A stretch of DNA of 64,000 nucleotides, the filler included, from Sanchytrium tribonematis (Eukaryota), in NCBI GenBank assembly GCA_018985235.1. It is 23 parts of 23 records of this genome, joined end to end, with 100 filler letters (N's around TTAATTAATTAA, not from the genome) between each part and the next. Parts side by side here need not be neighbours in the genome. Positions count along the whole stretch, not along the records: positions 33,269 to 35,262 come from JADGIG010001151.1; positions 35,363 to 37,352 come from JADGIG010001153.1; positions 37,453 to 39,436 come from JADGIG010001154.1; positions 39,537 to 41,517 come from JADGIG010001155.1; positions 41,618 to 43,594 come from JADGIG010001156.1; positions 43,695 to 45,664 come from JADGIG010001157.1; 17 more parts are not named here. One strand, given 5' to 3'. Shown piece by piece: positions 34,767 to 45,764 of the stretch. A program made the translations under genes and the position numbers. The notes under the pieces were generated by a model, which saw nothing but the letters and a program-made list of their open reading frames with translations, was not told where the DNA came from and did no database searches. Position 1 is the first letter of the stretch, and the number at the start of each line of letters is the position of its first letter.

Positions 34767-34979
34767 ATAAATTGATTCATAAAACACTTTAAACTATCCT
34801 CGTCTAGCTTTCACAGTGCAAATCAAGTCAAGTCTAGTTTTCTCAGTGTAAATGACTTGAAAAACTTGAAATTGAATTTACAGAAAACCAAGATTTTCTC
34901 CTAGTCTAGTTTTCACAGAGCGTCATCTCTTCAATCTTCTCCCAAGAAGGAAAATCTGGATAGTCTATTATTAACTCAA

Positions 34980-35262
34980 ATGAATACTCGTATGGAGAGT
35001 ACAAATGAAAAATATGGAACTAGCATTAATGTATTTATTAAATTTTGTAATGAGAATGAATTCGATTATGAAACGATTTCAAATCGAACACCCGTCATTA
35101 TTGCTGGCTTTCTTGAGTATGTTTCTTTTGTCAGAGCTAATAAAGTGTTGAAAGATACATCCTGTGTTTCCTATGTTAATGCAATAAAGATGTTTTATCG
35201 AGACAAGTTATTTTGCGGAAATAATTGGGATATGGCTCTGGAACCATCTCTGTACCTGAAGG
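34980..35262 (+). mobile_element. Tyrosine-recombinase core-binding-like domain (Crypton/DIRS-type or domesticated), 3'-partial
   Basis: Pattern STNEKY...FIKFC...IAGFLEY...SCVSYVNAIKMFY resembles integrase N-terminal domains; catalytic domain not in the contig. Confidence 0.45.
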
Positions 35263-35362
35263 NNNNNNNNNNNNNNNNNNNNNNNNNNNNNNNNNNNNNN
35301 NNNNNNTTAATTAATTAANNNNNNNNNNNNNNNNNNNNNNNNNNNNNNNNNNNNNNNNNNNN

Positions 35363-35738
35363 AACGATGAGAATATCGTTGCTGCCGGTCAGGATTGCGT
35401 TCCATATTTATTCACCAAAAGAAACGGTGAATGGTACATTGTTGATAAGTTGGAGGGAAAAAGAGTCGCTGGTCCTGTAGCGACAGGTAATGTCGCCGCC
35501 AATCGATTTCGACAAATGGATACATTTGGCCAAAAGGCGGGAGACAACAAAAATGAAAATGATAATGTCCATCAAAATACTATTACCTGCATCCGCTCTT
35601 ACCAGTCAAGCAGTATTTATTTTTAATTTAGACGGAGTTGTTACTAAATTCTCAAGTTCTGGATTTGACGGAAAATTAGCTATTTGGAATGTTGAACCAA
35701 ACGTCGTAGCAGATATGTTAAAAAACTTGAAGATTTAG
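35363..35738 (+). CDS. ARPC1: Arp2/3 complex subunit ARPC1/Arc40, C-terminal part; join(35363..35612,35632..35738)
   Basis: IVAAGQDCVP, FRQMD, VHQNTIT, KFSSSGFDGKLAIW joined by a 19-nt intron. Confidence 0.9.
35613..35631 (+). other. 19-nt intron in ARPC1 (GTATTTATTTTTAATTTAG)
   Basis: Removal gives YQSSNGVVTKFSSSG in frame. Confidence 0.9.
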
Positions 35739-35809
35739 TAAATTAGATCTGACTAAAGCCTTAGCCCCGTATTTAATCATCCTTTTTTTTAGTTCCCCTA
35801 TTGCAACAA

Positions 35810-37352
35810 ATGTCAAAATATACTGTGGATATCGGAAATGGAGTGATGAGAGCTCCTGCCTCTAAAGAAGCTTTAGTTGAGAATACTAAGGACGGATATT
35901 ATGATGTGTTTCTTAAAGCCATCGAGAAATCTGGAGACGGAAACTATCTTGGTACGCTTGATGTCAAATCCGAAGAATACAAGTGGTTAAAATATTCTCA
36001 AGTGAAAGAAATAGTGGCCAATGTAGGGTCAGCCTTGGAATCGCTCACAAAAAAGAACGCAAATGTAGGAATTTATTCTCTTAATCGCCAAGAATGGCTC
36101 ATGACAGAGTTGGGCTGTTTTAGAAATGGGAGAATTACTGTTCCTTTGTACGATACATTGGGAAAAGAAGCAGTGGTCCATATAATCAAAGAAACAGAGA
36201 TGAAGCTTTGTGTAATTGCAAAAAATCGAATCAAATCAATACTCGAAGCTAAAAAAGAAGGTTTACTGGAGTCTTTAGAAACTCTCGTAGCTATGGAAAG
36301 TGTGGAGGATTCCCTTAAGCAAGAATGTGAATCTCAGGGTATAATTTTGAAATCTTGGGAAGAATTTTTGGAAATTGGCAAAGCCAAACCCACTGATGAA
36401 TCTGGAAAATCAAAAAACGGAGACATTTTCACAATATGCTACACTTCTGGAACCTCTGGTATGCCCAAAGGAGTTGTCCTGACACATAAAAACGTTCTCT
36501 CAATCGCAGACGCTATTGCAGTTATGGGGAAACAGGGTACATTTTATTCTTTTTCAAAAAACGACATCCATCTTTCTTACTTACCGTTAGCTCACGTTTT
36601 TGAAAGAGTACTTCAAGCTTTGCTTCTTTCTGCTGGAGCTCAGGTTGCTTTCTATAGAGGTGACCCGTTAAAAATTTTAGATGACGTAAAAATTATAAAA
36701 CCTACTATTTTTGTCTCTGTGCCCAGATTATTTAATAGAATTTACGACAAGGTTTGGCAAGGTGTCAATAGCAAATCGGTAATTGCTAAATTTCTATTCA
36801 AGTTAGCTTATTCGCAAAAGAAAATGGGTCTGGGAGAAGGAAAAGTTGCACATTGGCTATGGGACAAGGTCGTTTTTGGAAATGTGAGAGAAAGACTTGG
36901 TTTTGGAAGATGTCAAATGATGTTTAGTGGCAGCGCCCCGATTACTGCAGATGTTATGGACTTCTTGCGTATCGTGTTTTGCTGCGAGGCGCTTGAAGGC
37001 TTTGGCCAAACCGAATCTACTGCTGGTGTTTGCACGACTAGCTGGGGTGATACTACTAGTGGACATATTGGGGGGCCCGTTCCATGTACGGAGGTAAAAT
37101 TATTCGATTTGCCAGAAATGAATTACACCTCTTCAGATAAGCCATTTCCAAGAGGAGAGATTTGTTATCGTGGCTCAAACGCTTTTGTAGAATACTATAA
37201 ACAACCTCAGAAGACGAAAGAAACAATTGATTCGGATGGTTGGGTACACACTGGTGATGTTGGAATGTGGGATGATAAGGGCAGATTAAAGATCATTGAT
37301 AGAGCTAAAAATATTTTTAAGTTGGCTCAAGGGTAGTTATTCTTTATTTAGC
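35810..37352 (+). CDS. Long-chain acyl-CoA synthetase, 3'-partial
   Basis: ICYTSGTSGMPKG, SYLPLAHVFER, EGFGQTE, GWVHTGD, IIDRAKNIFKLAQG. Confidence 0.93.
37333..37351 (+). other. 19-nt intron in acyl-CoA synthetase (GTAGTTATTCTTTATTTAG)
   Basis: Interrupts the conserved KLAQG(EY) at GG|C; only one exon base follows before the contig ends. Confidence 0.75.
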
Positions 37353-37723
37353 NNNNNNNNNNNNNNNNNNNNNNNNNNNNNNNNNNNNNNNNNNNNTTAA
37401 TTAATTAANNNNNNNNNNNNNNNNNNNNNNNNNNNNNNNNNNNNNNNNNNNNAAAGCAAGAGAGATAGACAAGAAAAACATTTGTATTTGTTGCTATTTG
37501 GTATATTTATACGATTTTGGTCATCCTATACGTGATTCACGTATCAAATTATGTGACCACTTTTGGTTGCCAAGATTTTCAGCATGCAATCAGTTATCTT
37601 TTGGATATTTTAGATTCGTTTCTTTTGAGTAAATATTGAAATGTCATGAGATCAGTCAAAGATTTAATAAAGTAATTTTGTGAAATAATTTCAAAATTCT
37701 TTTAAAGTCTGAAACCCTCCCCA

Positions 37724-39436
37724 ATGAATTTTCATATCTTGAACTGGGCGGATCAAGTGCTTAGCAACAACTGTTTTCACCATACCCAAGATGTGATAAT
37801 TATAAATACATCGTATGAATACATTAAGAATTTAAGCATTCCGTTATATTCTTCACACATTCCTTTAATCATCGGAAAACCCAACATTAGAGTAGACATA
37901 CCCAGCACAAAATTAAAGAAAAAGTTATTTACATATAAAAAGCATCAACGTAAAAGAAACGTCAATATTCATAAAAATCTTTTATACCTTATAGACAAAA
38001 TAGATACTACTCCTCCTGTTTTACCATTACCCAAAAAAGTCAATACTACGACAACCACTAATGAAAGTAATTATCAAGTCAAAATATCAGAGAAAGTTTC
38101 AGATGAGGAAAATTATCAATTTCATGAAGAAAACGGCAAGTTGAGTGTGCAAACTGTGACTATCCCTCAAACTTGGCCTTCATTATTTGACGATTTTCCA
38201 AATAGCTATTATGATCAGGATTTGTGTGCATTCTCTGATCTTCAGGTAATGTGTCTAATTTTGCTTTCTAGCATTTTAAAAACGGACAAGGCAAGGTGGC
38301 AAACGCTTACCGCGACTCCTTCAGAAGCTGAGATCCCATTTGCCGTGTATGATTTCGTTTCTAAAGTTATTGAAAGAACAGGATTTGATTTTGGGCCGAG
38401 TTCTTTTTTAATTTCGCCAGCACAACACAAGGCTCATTACACTGTAGATACTAAAGAGGCTAATCACATTCCATCAATTAACGGATCTGACTATATAAAG
38501 GAAGACAAAGACATTGTTAGGCAGGTTAAAAAAACTCATCGAAAATCCATTTCAGGCACCTCTCTTTTGAAGTGGGTTAAGAAGAAGGAAGATAAGAAAC
38601 TTTTGAATGATAGCGATACAAGTGTCAATACACTCTATGGTACTTCCACCACTATCAATTCGGTTGCGCCATCTACTAAGGAATCCATTTCACCACCTGA
38701 TAAAAAAACAATGAAACGCGACAAAAAGGACAAAAAAGAAAAGAAAGATAAGACGCCCTCTATACCTTTTGATGTTTATTGCGAGGAAAAAATAATCAAT
38801 AGAATAACTATTTCAAATGCTACAAAAATCCAATTTATAGAGCGTTCGTGCTTCATGCCTATGGAGCCTACTCTCAAAAAGCCAACCACTGTTGTCACAG
38901 CTGCATTTGCAGGTCTTTTAGAAGTGCTTCAAGAATGGTTGCAATCAAAACAGCCTAAACTGGATCATGCATGGTATGATATAACACCTTTGATGGCTGC
39001 ATGTTGCTCCAGTAATCTTACTTCTCCGGAATGCGTAAGTTTATTACTCCAAAATGGTGCGGATCAGATGCGTGGTATCCGGCTTGGACTTTATGCTTTA
39101 ATTGCAAATCTCGGGGAACACTTGAAAGTTGAGACTCCAAAGTTGGTGGATACGAAACATATCTGGTCTGCAGTAGAATCGGAAGGTAAGGTCAAATGTG
39201 ATTACAGTATATCTAAAATCGAGTGGGAAAGAACCACTTCGGCATCTGCAGATGGAGATTCTGAAGCGCCTGTTAACACATCTGCGGCCGATAAATTTGA
39301 TCCAAATGTTATCAAGAGAATTCCTAGAGTAGTTTACGGCATTCAAAGCTGCTCATATTTAAAAGAGTATAACAAAAATTACATTCCTAAATCTGAGAGT
39401 TTTGAGTCATTTAAAGTAATACCAACTTTTAATATT
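37724..39436 (+). CDS. Hypothetical protein with ankyrin-like repeats, 3'-partial
   Basis: AAFAGLLEVLQEWL and ITPLMAAC...ECVSLLLQNGAD. Confidence 0.6.
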
Positions 39437-39536
39437 NNNNNNNNNNNNNNNNNNNNNNNNNNNNNNNNNNNNNNNNNNNNTTAATTAATTAANNNNNNNN
39501 NNNNNNNNNNNNNNNNNNNNNNNNNNNNNNNNNNNN

Positions 39537-41517
39537 CTTTGGAAGTTAGTGCTTCTTTTACATCAACAAAGGATGCGAGATATTCCGGGGTCCATAATTT
39601 TTTAAATTGCTGTGCGGGTTGCCCCTGAAGCTTGTAAAGAGGACCGGCACGCAAGGCTTAGTCATTGATGAAATGACGATACTGGTTTGCCAGACCTAGG
39701 AAGCATTGAAGCTCCTTTAAAGATTCTGGAGGAAGGAAAGACTGAATAGCTTTGAGCTTATCAGTAGGCGGGGACATGGATTGTGGGTTGACCACGAATC
39801 CAAGGTATTTAACCTTTGAATAAAGAAACTTGCATTTCTCTATCCTCAGTTTAAGCTTGTGCTTACGTATAATCTCAAGTGACTGGCGTAAAATGAACAA
39901 GGACTGCTCAAAGCCTTTACCCTTGAGGAGGATGTCATCCTGATAGCTTTCTAGATGCTTATTCAGGAGGGAGTGAAAGATCTTGTGCATGACCTGTTGA
40001 AAGTACCTGGGGCTAGTCTTCAAGCCCATAGGCACCTTGACGTATTCAAACTTGCCAATGGAGGTAGAGAAGGCGGTTTTGAACCTGTCCTTCTCGGCAA
40101 GGGATAGCTGCCAGAACCCGTGGCGGAGATCTAGGACAGAGAAGAGATCAAACCCAAAGAAACGCGACAGATTGTCCGTCACTCGGGGTAGGATGTAGTT
40201 GTAGTCCTCTATATGTTTATTGAGGGGGGAGAAATCATTGCAGTGGCGTTTGGTGCCATCTGGTTTGTCAACCAGGACTGTAGGGCAATTGAAGTGGGAT
40301 CTGCTGGGACGTATGACGCCCATGCGCAGCATCTCCTTTACTTCACGTAGTTGGGTCTCATTGTCTGCATGAGAGAGGGGGCGATGAGGACAGCAAACGA
40401 CTGTCTTGGGATTCTTGAGGGGGATTTCCAGTTCCATACCCACATCGACAGCGTCAAAATTGCCAGTGAATACATCCTGGAATGTATTCAAAAGCGCAAT
40501 GACGTGTTGGCGTTGATGAAGGGGAAGATCCGGGTTGATGTCTGCATCTTTGGCAGCATCAAAGGTTTCCGGGAGATAGGGGACAAAGTATTTTTCTATT
40601 TCATCTGCATCCATGAACTCGGTGTCCAGAACCACAGATTGAATGGAAGTGGGCACTTTGGGTGCGCCATCAGGAGAGGATTGGGGATAGTAGCCATAAG
40701 AGTATGGCTGTTCCAACCAGGTGAGGATGGGGGGTTTAACAGAGAGTGAGTCAGTCTGATTAATAAATGGTTGCCCAAATAAAATCTTAAGATCTGCCAC
40801 TACTTTGTTGGTGACCACCCAGATTTGAACTGGAGTGGGGGTTTGGTAGTATTCCATCTGGAACGGAGCCATCACGTAGCCAAGACTACGCTCGCCTAGT
40901 CCGTTGGCCAGAAGAACATTGCGGCTTCCATCATGGATCATCTTTGGGATTAGTCCAAATGAAGACGTGGTTGCATATGACATGATGTTGATTTCTGCCC
41001 CTGTGTCCAATAGTATGACAGCAGGTTTGTGGTTGATCAGGCCTCTAAGCATTGGTTTAGAAGAGAAGTCAGGAGTTGGTGCCTCTAAGTGATGTATGAA
41101 GTCACTTAAAGGAGGATAGGCAGAGTGGGATTTACTGAGGAATCGACAAGGTTGTGTCTTTGGAGGGCGTTGGCTCACTTTCTGTCTATGAACCAGCGCG
41201 GCGCCAAAGACATCCACAAAATCCTGCAAGTGATTTTGGATATAGAAGGAGCCAATTTGACAGTGCATTGTAGGTCAAAGGTCTTCTTTCCAAAGAAGGA
41301 TTGATCTATCTTGGTGAAGAGTGGATCACATAGGAATTCTAAAGCAGTAAGGAGATTGGCCGAGGAAGGATTGGCCTGTCCAAGGAGAGCGCGGTAGGGA
41401 ATCACAAATCCAATGATGGGTGATTGACGTTCGACAGCCTGTGCGTGCATGTTGCACAGTGAAGCGGGGAGAATGGACCAGCTAATACGTTTGGCGACGG
41501 GGTCAACGTGGGCAGTG
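39537..41517 (-). mobile_element. Ty3/gypsy LTR retrotransposon fragment (protease, RT) with premature stop
   Basis: ILLDTGAE, LDLRHGFWQ, PMGLKTSP, YQDD, FLGLANQYRHFI then TAA at 39658, after which the frame continues; more GC-rich than host genes. Confidence 0.92.
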
Positions 41518-41618
41518 NNNNNNNNNNNNNNNNNNNNNNNNNNNNNNNNNNNNNNNNNNNNTTAATTAATTAANNNNNNNNNNNNNNNNNNNNNNNNNNN
41601 NNNNNNNNNNNNNNNNNT

Positions 41619-41912
41619 GTAGACAAAGATGGATGGAATTTTGAAGATTTTAGTGTTTATGGCCATGCATTTAGAAATAATTATGTGGCTAGACCCTATC
41701 CCAATGCTATTAGTGGCTATGATGTTGTATTTGAGTACCATGATGGTCGAATTTGGTTAAAATATACGGCATTTCAAGGAATAACTGAAATTGCAATTCC
41801 ACGTCAATTTCAGATTACAAGAATGCCAGTACAATGTCATGACATGGATTTCATTATTTATTGTAAAGAGAAAGAGTTCATGTATCGTGAAATTGAGATT
41901 TATTTAAAATAA
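41619..41912 (+). CDS. Probable GH5 endoglycoceramidase-related protein, C-terminal fragment
   Basis: DGWNFEDFSV...ARPYPNAISG...TEIAIP resembles EGCrP C-termini. Confidence 0.55.
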   Translation, partial: VDKDGWNFEDFSVYGHAFRNNYVARPYPNAISGYDVVFEYHDGRIWLKYTAFQGITEIAIPRQFQITRMPVQCHDMDFIIYCKEKEFMYREIEIYLK

Positions 41913-41920
41913 AGTAACTA

Positions 41921-43594
41921 TTAAAATCTTCTGCTATTCATGCTAAAACTTAAATAATGCGTAGATCGTTGACTGGCAGGTGTCTTTTTTCTTAATAATT
42001 GCTTAAAGGGTGTCAATTTGAGTACTATTATTAAAATAATCATGTTGATGAATAATTTGAGAATATTGGAATACGACCATTCTAATTTGAATAATTGTAA
42101 TTGAATGTGTTGATATGGGATATTAAAAGTGGTTGTGATATTTGATAAAGTTGTTTTTGATTCAAATCTAGTTGAAAAATCACTCGAAGATTCAAAAGAG
42201 GATTCTAAAGTGGTTATTAAGCGAATTGGACGTATAACAATAGTTTTATCTAATTTTGTTAATAAATCAACTATATTGGAAGTAGTAGTGCTTGGTAGTT
42301 GGTTATTGGAAGCAGATTGTAAAAATGGCACTGTTTGTAATTGTGGATAGCTTGGAATGCTAGAGGACATTGTAATCTTTTTTAAATTAATAATTTCACT
42401 GGATGTTAATATTCTACAGGTGCTTTCACTAGCCGTGTAAATCCCATTCAAAATGCATTGATTTTGAAATGTTTTACCAAACACTCCAGGTGCCATTGGA
42501 TTATTGGCCAAATCGCAATTCTGTCCCATTTTAGAAGCATCTGTAATGGATATATCTAATATATTATTATTCTGTAAGTATAGAAGGGATGGATTTGTGA
42601 ATGATAAATTGCCACTCAAATAATTATCATTGAAATAGAAATTAGAGCCTGAGAATGAATAATTGATACAGCCACTCAAGTAATTATGAGATATATCCAA
42701 TGTTTTCACCTGTCTCAATGATTGTGGGATGCTTCCAGTGAATGAATTATTGGAAATATTTAAATAAATTGGATTTCCCAAAACATTTGGGATATTGCCA
42801 GTCAAATTATTGTTTGACAAGTCTATTATGGTGAAAGAAGATGGCAAATCATACGTAATATTGCCCTGCATTCCATTATTATCCAATTTAAGTGCATTAA
42901 TTAATTTTGGCAATGATTTTGGGAATTTATCAAATTTGTTGAAACTCAGTCTTAAATCATAAATTGTGGAATATCCCAAGTCAATATCACCATACAATCG
43001 ATTGTGAGACAGATCTACTCGTGAGTAAGTAGAAGTAAAAATAGGTAAACTTCCATTAAACGCATTCCATGATAAATCCAAATCTGTAATGCTACTAGCA
43101 CTTCCAATGCTAGATATACTTCCATTTAATTGATTACGACTTAAACTGACTGTTGTTAATCCACTTGGCCATGTTTGTGGCAAATTACCAGTTAATAAAT
43201 TTGAATCTAATTTTAGTGTTTGAAGTGACGCAGGTAAAATTGGTAAATTCCCACTGAATTGATTTCCATATGCTTCAAAATATACCAATTGAGCAGGCAA
43301 ACGAGTCGGAATAGGACCCTGTAGTTTATTATTGCTTAAATACAAATTTTGAATGCCACTTGGTAAATTGGGAAATGTGCCACTAATAACATTATTCTGA
43401 ATATACAACATAATCATGGTACTCGGATATGAATTGGGAAGAGTATCCACTATTAAATTATCTGCAATATAAAGTACTTGTAAATTTGCTTGTAAAATGG
43501 GCAATTTTGTAAATCTATTTTGATATAAATACCACGCATTATTCCCAATTGGAAATGCATTTGGTAATCCACTCAATTGATTCCGTGAGAAATC
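41921..43594 (-). CDS. LRR receptor-like protein (plant-type LRRs, S/T stalk, TM, short basic tail), 5'-partial
   Basis: About 15 repeats of LxLxxNxLxGxIP; TM ILKLFINMIILIIVL. Confidence 0.85.
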   Translation of the reverse strand, partial: DFSRNQLSGLPNAFPIGNNAWYLYQNRFTKLPILQANLQVLYIADNLIVDTLPNSYPSTMIMLYIQNNVISGTFPNLPSGIQNLYLSNNKLQGPIPTRLPAQLVYFEAYGNQFSGNLPILPASLQTLKLDSNLLTGNLPQTWPSGLTTVSLSRNQLNGSISSIGSASSITDLDLSWNAFNGSLPIFTSTYSRVDLSHNRLYGDIDLGYSTIYDLRLSFNKFDKFPKSLPKLINALKLDNNGMQGNITYDLPSSFTIIDLSNNNLTGNIPNVLGNPIYLNISNNSFTGSIPQSLRQVKTLDISHNYLSGCINYSFSGSNFYFNDNYLSGNLSFTNPSLLYLQNNNILDISITDASKMGQNCDLANNPMAPGVFGKTFQNQCILNGIYTASESTCRILTSSEIINLKKITMSSSIPSYPQLQTVPFLQSASNNQLPSTTTSNIVDLLTKLDKTIVIRPIRLITTLESSFESSSDFSTRFESKTTLSNITTTFNIPYQHIQLQLFKLEWSYSNILKLFINMIILIIVLKLTPFKQLLRKKTPASQRSTHYLSFSMNSRRF

Positions 43595-43694
43595 NNNNNN
43601 NNNNNNNNNNNNNNNNNNNNNNNNNNNNNNNNNNNNNNTTAATTAATTAANNNNNNNNNNNNNNNNNNNNNNNNNNNNNNNNNNNNNNNNNNNN

Positions 43695-44135
43695 AATGCA
43701 CCAAATCCTACTCCAGCAAAACCGTACAATCCCCAAGGAAGCCCATCCATGCCAGCTGCTCCATACACTCCTCAAGGAACTCCTACTCCAGCACCTTCTG
43801 CATTGCCAGCAAAGGCAACGCCGTCACCCGCATATAACAAAGACGCCCCGGCAAAACCAACTCCATCTCCAGCATACAAGAAAGACGAACCAGCAAAAGC
43901 AGAAGCGACCCCACCACCAACATACAAAAAGGAGGAACCGGCAAAAGCAGAAGCAACACCTGACAAGAAAGGTGATGCATATCAACCCGATAAACCGAAA
44001 CCAAATAACGGTCCTGCACCCCCTCCAGCTCCACAAGGTCCAAATGGGCCTCAACCTCAGCAAGGTGCTCCTCCTGCACAACCTCCACAAGGACCTCCAA
44101 ATGTACCTGCGCCACCTCCAGGTTATCAGCATTAG
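43695..44135 (+). CDS. Pro/Ala/Lys/Gln-rich repetitive protein, C-terminal part
   Basis: Repeats TPSPAY(N/K)KD.PAK; frame open from the contig start. Confidence 0.6.
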   Translation, partial: NAPNPTPAKPYNPQGSPSMPAAPYTPQGTPTPAPSALPAKATPSPAYNKDAPAKPTPSPAYKKDEPAKAEATPPPTYKKEEPAKAEATPDKKGDAYQPDKPKPNNGPAPPPAPQGPNGPQPQQGAPPAQPPQGPPNVPAPPPGYQH

Positions 44136-44500
44136 TAAATTATCTATTTATAAGAATACGGCCTGTCTGAAGTGCTTTTAAATAACCAAGGAATTGATTA
44201 ACAATAAAATATCGGCCAAAGTTTCACAAGGAAAATATTTTTGAAAATGTTCTCCGTCATCCGACGAAAAAACATTCAAAAACTCAATAGGTCGGAGTTG
44301 AGGAGGAAACTTGATTGACAACAATGACATTGTAAGTATTTACTCAAAGATGAATGTTATCCCTGTCTTAAGAATGCTGACAAACCGATCATATCTTAGA
44401 AAACTAACTCACTTAGAATCTGAAATGATGACATCGCAACATATACTTAAAGCCAATCTTGCTTTTCTTTAGTAAATAAACCACATTTATTCAACAAATT

Positions 44501-44974
44501 TTACATATCACGAAATCTAGCTGCTTGCTGTCTAATTCTTTCTTCGTACTTCTTTTTGTTTGTTTTAAATAGCTTTACAGCTTCTGAATTAGCAGGGTCA
44601 TTGGCATTTGGATTCTTTAAAAAGTCTTGCAGATTCAATAAAATGGCTTTTAAACTAATGCTATTTTTCCAATCACCATGTTCTTTTAATAATGATAAAC
44701 AAACACGGCCGTCTGTGAAGATATTCGGATGTAGTAATGGTGGATTAAATATGGCAGCAGGTGGAGATTTCGGATAAGTATTTGGAAATATTAATTCTAC
44801 AGTATATAGTCCTGCTTGCCATGGTGAATTTGAAGGGCCGGGGATCTTGCATATCCATTTAAACATATTCAATTCACCATTTGGTGTCTTTTCAGGTACC
44901 GCAGAGAATCCAAATGGCCTTTCTTTACGGAACTTTTTACGTTCTGCAATCAATCGATCTTTGGCCAGTGACAT
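44501..44974 (-). CDS. UBC9: SUMO-conjugating enzyme
   Basis: AKDRLIAERKKFRKERPFGFSAVP, W.C.IPG, HPNIFTDGRVCLSLL. Confidence 0.92.
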   Translation of the reverse strand: MSLAKDRLIAERKKFRKERPFGFSAVPEKTPNGELNMFKWICKIPGPSNSPWQAGLYTVELIFPNTYPKSPPAAIFNPPLLHPNIFTDGRVCLSLLKEHGDWKNSISLKAILLNLQDFLKNPNANDPANSEAVKLFKTNKKKYEERIRQQAARFRDM

Positions 44975-45034
44975 GAAACTGGAGAATGTTAGAGAGAATT
45001 TTTCAAAAAGTGGCTTGATTCTAAATTTCTCTCA

Positions 45035-45664
45035 ATGGGTCTAACTTCTCAAATCAAAAATGTCAAAAATGGACAGACAAAGGAGATCAACATGTCCAGA
45101 AAAGCGATGACGCGTTGGGATCATCGTTTAGAGAAGATTTCTACCGAATTACATAGTTTAATCATTGGGTTCTCGGGACTAAGTAATGTCTCTGATGCCA
45201 TGGGTACATTTACAAATTTGACCGTATTAAATCTATCTGGTAACAGGATATCATTATTACCCAGCATGAATTCCCTTCAACATTTAGAATACTGTAATTT
45301 AAGCTTCAACAGACTTGATGCTTTTCCAGTGGGTATCACAAATTGCAAAGCATTAGTCACATTAGATTTAGGAGGAAATAGATTGAGATTTATTCCTACA
45401 AAAGTAAGTCAATTGGAGAAATTAAAATCATTTTACGTGAATGATAATCTTATTACTGAATTGCCAGATGAGTTTTGCGAATTAAAAGAATTAAGAACCG
45501 TATTTATTCATTTATGTAGGCATCTTTACGTGGAAATCAAATTTTAAAATTACCTGATTCTTTTGGTAGTTTAGTCAATTTGCGTAGATTATACCTCCAA
45601 GACAATAAAATAAGCATTCTCCCTGAATCTATAACAGACTGTCCACTCACAGAGAAATACAGTT
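45035..45664 (+). CDS. Cytosolic LRR protein (possible Gly2 myristoylation); join(45035..45499,45520..45664), 3'-partial
   Basis: Regular LxxLxLxxNxLxxLP repeats continue after the 20-nt intron (LRTASLRGNQILKLP). Confidence 0.85.
45500..45519 (+). other. 20-nt intron (GTATTTATTCATTTATGTAG)
   Basis: Removal restores the LRR register. Confidence 0.88.
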
Positions 45665-45764
45665 NNNNNNNNNNNNNNNNNNNNNNNNNNNNNNNNNNNN
45701 NNNNNNNNTTAATTAATTAANNNNNNNNNNNNNNNNNNNNNNNNNNNNNNNNNNNNNNNNNNNN

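Noticed and set aside
44332..44349. GTAAGT...AAAG 18-nt intron candidate
   Set aside because: Lacks the TWATKTAG end and does not lie in a recognisable gene.
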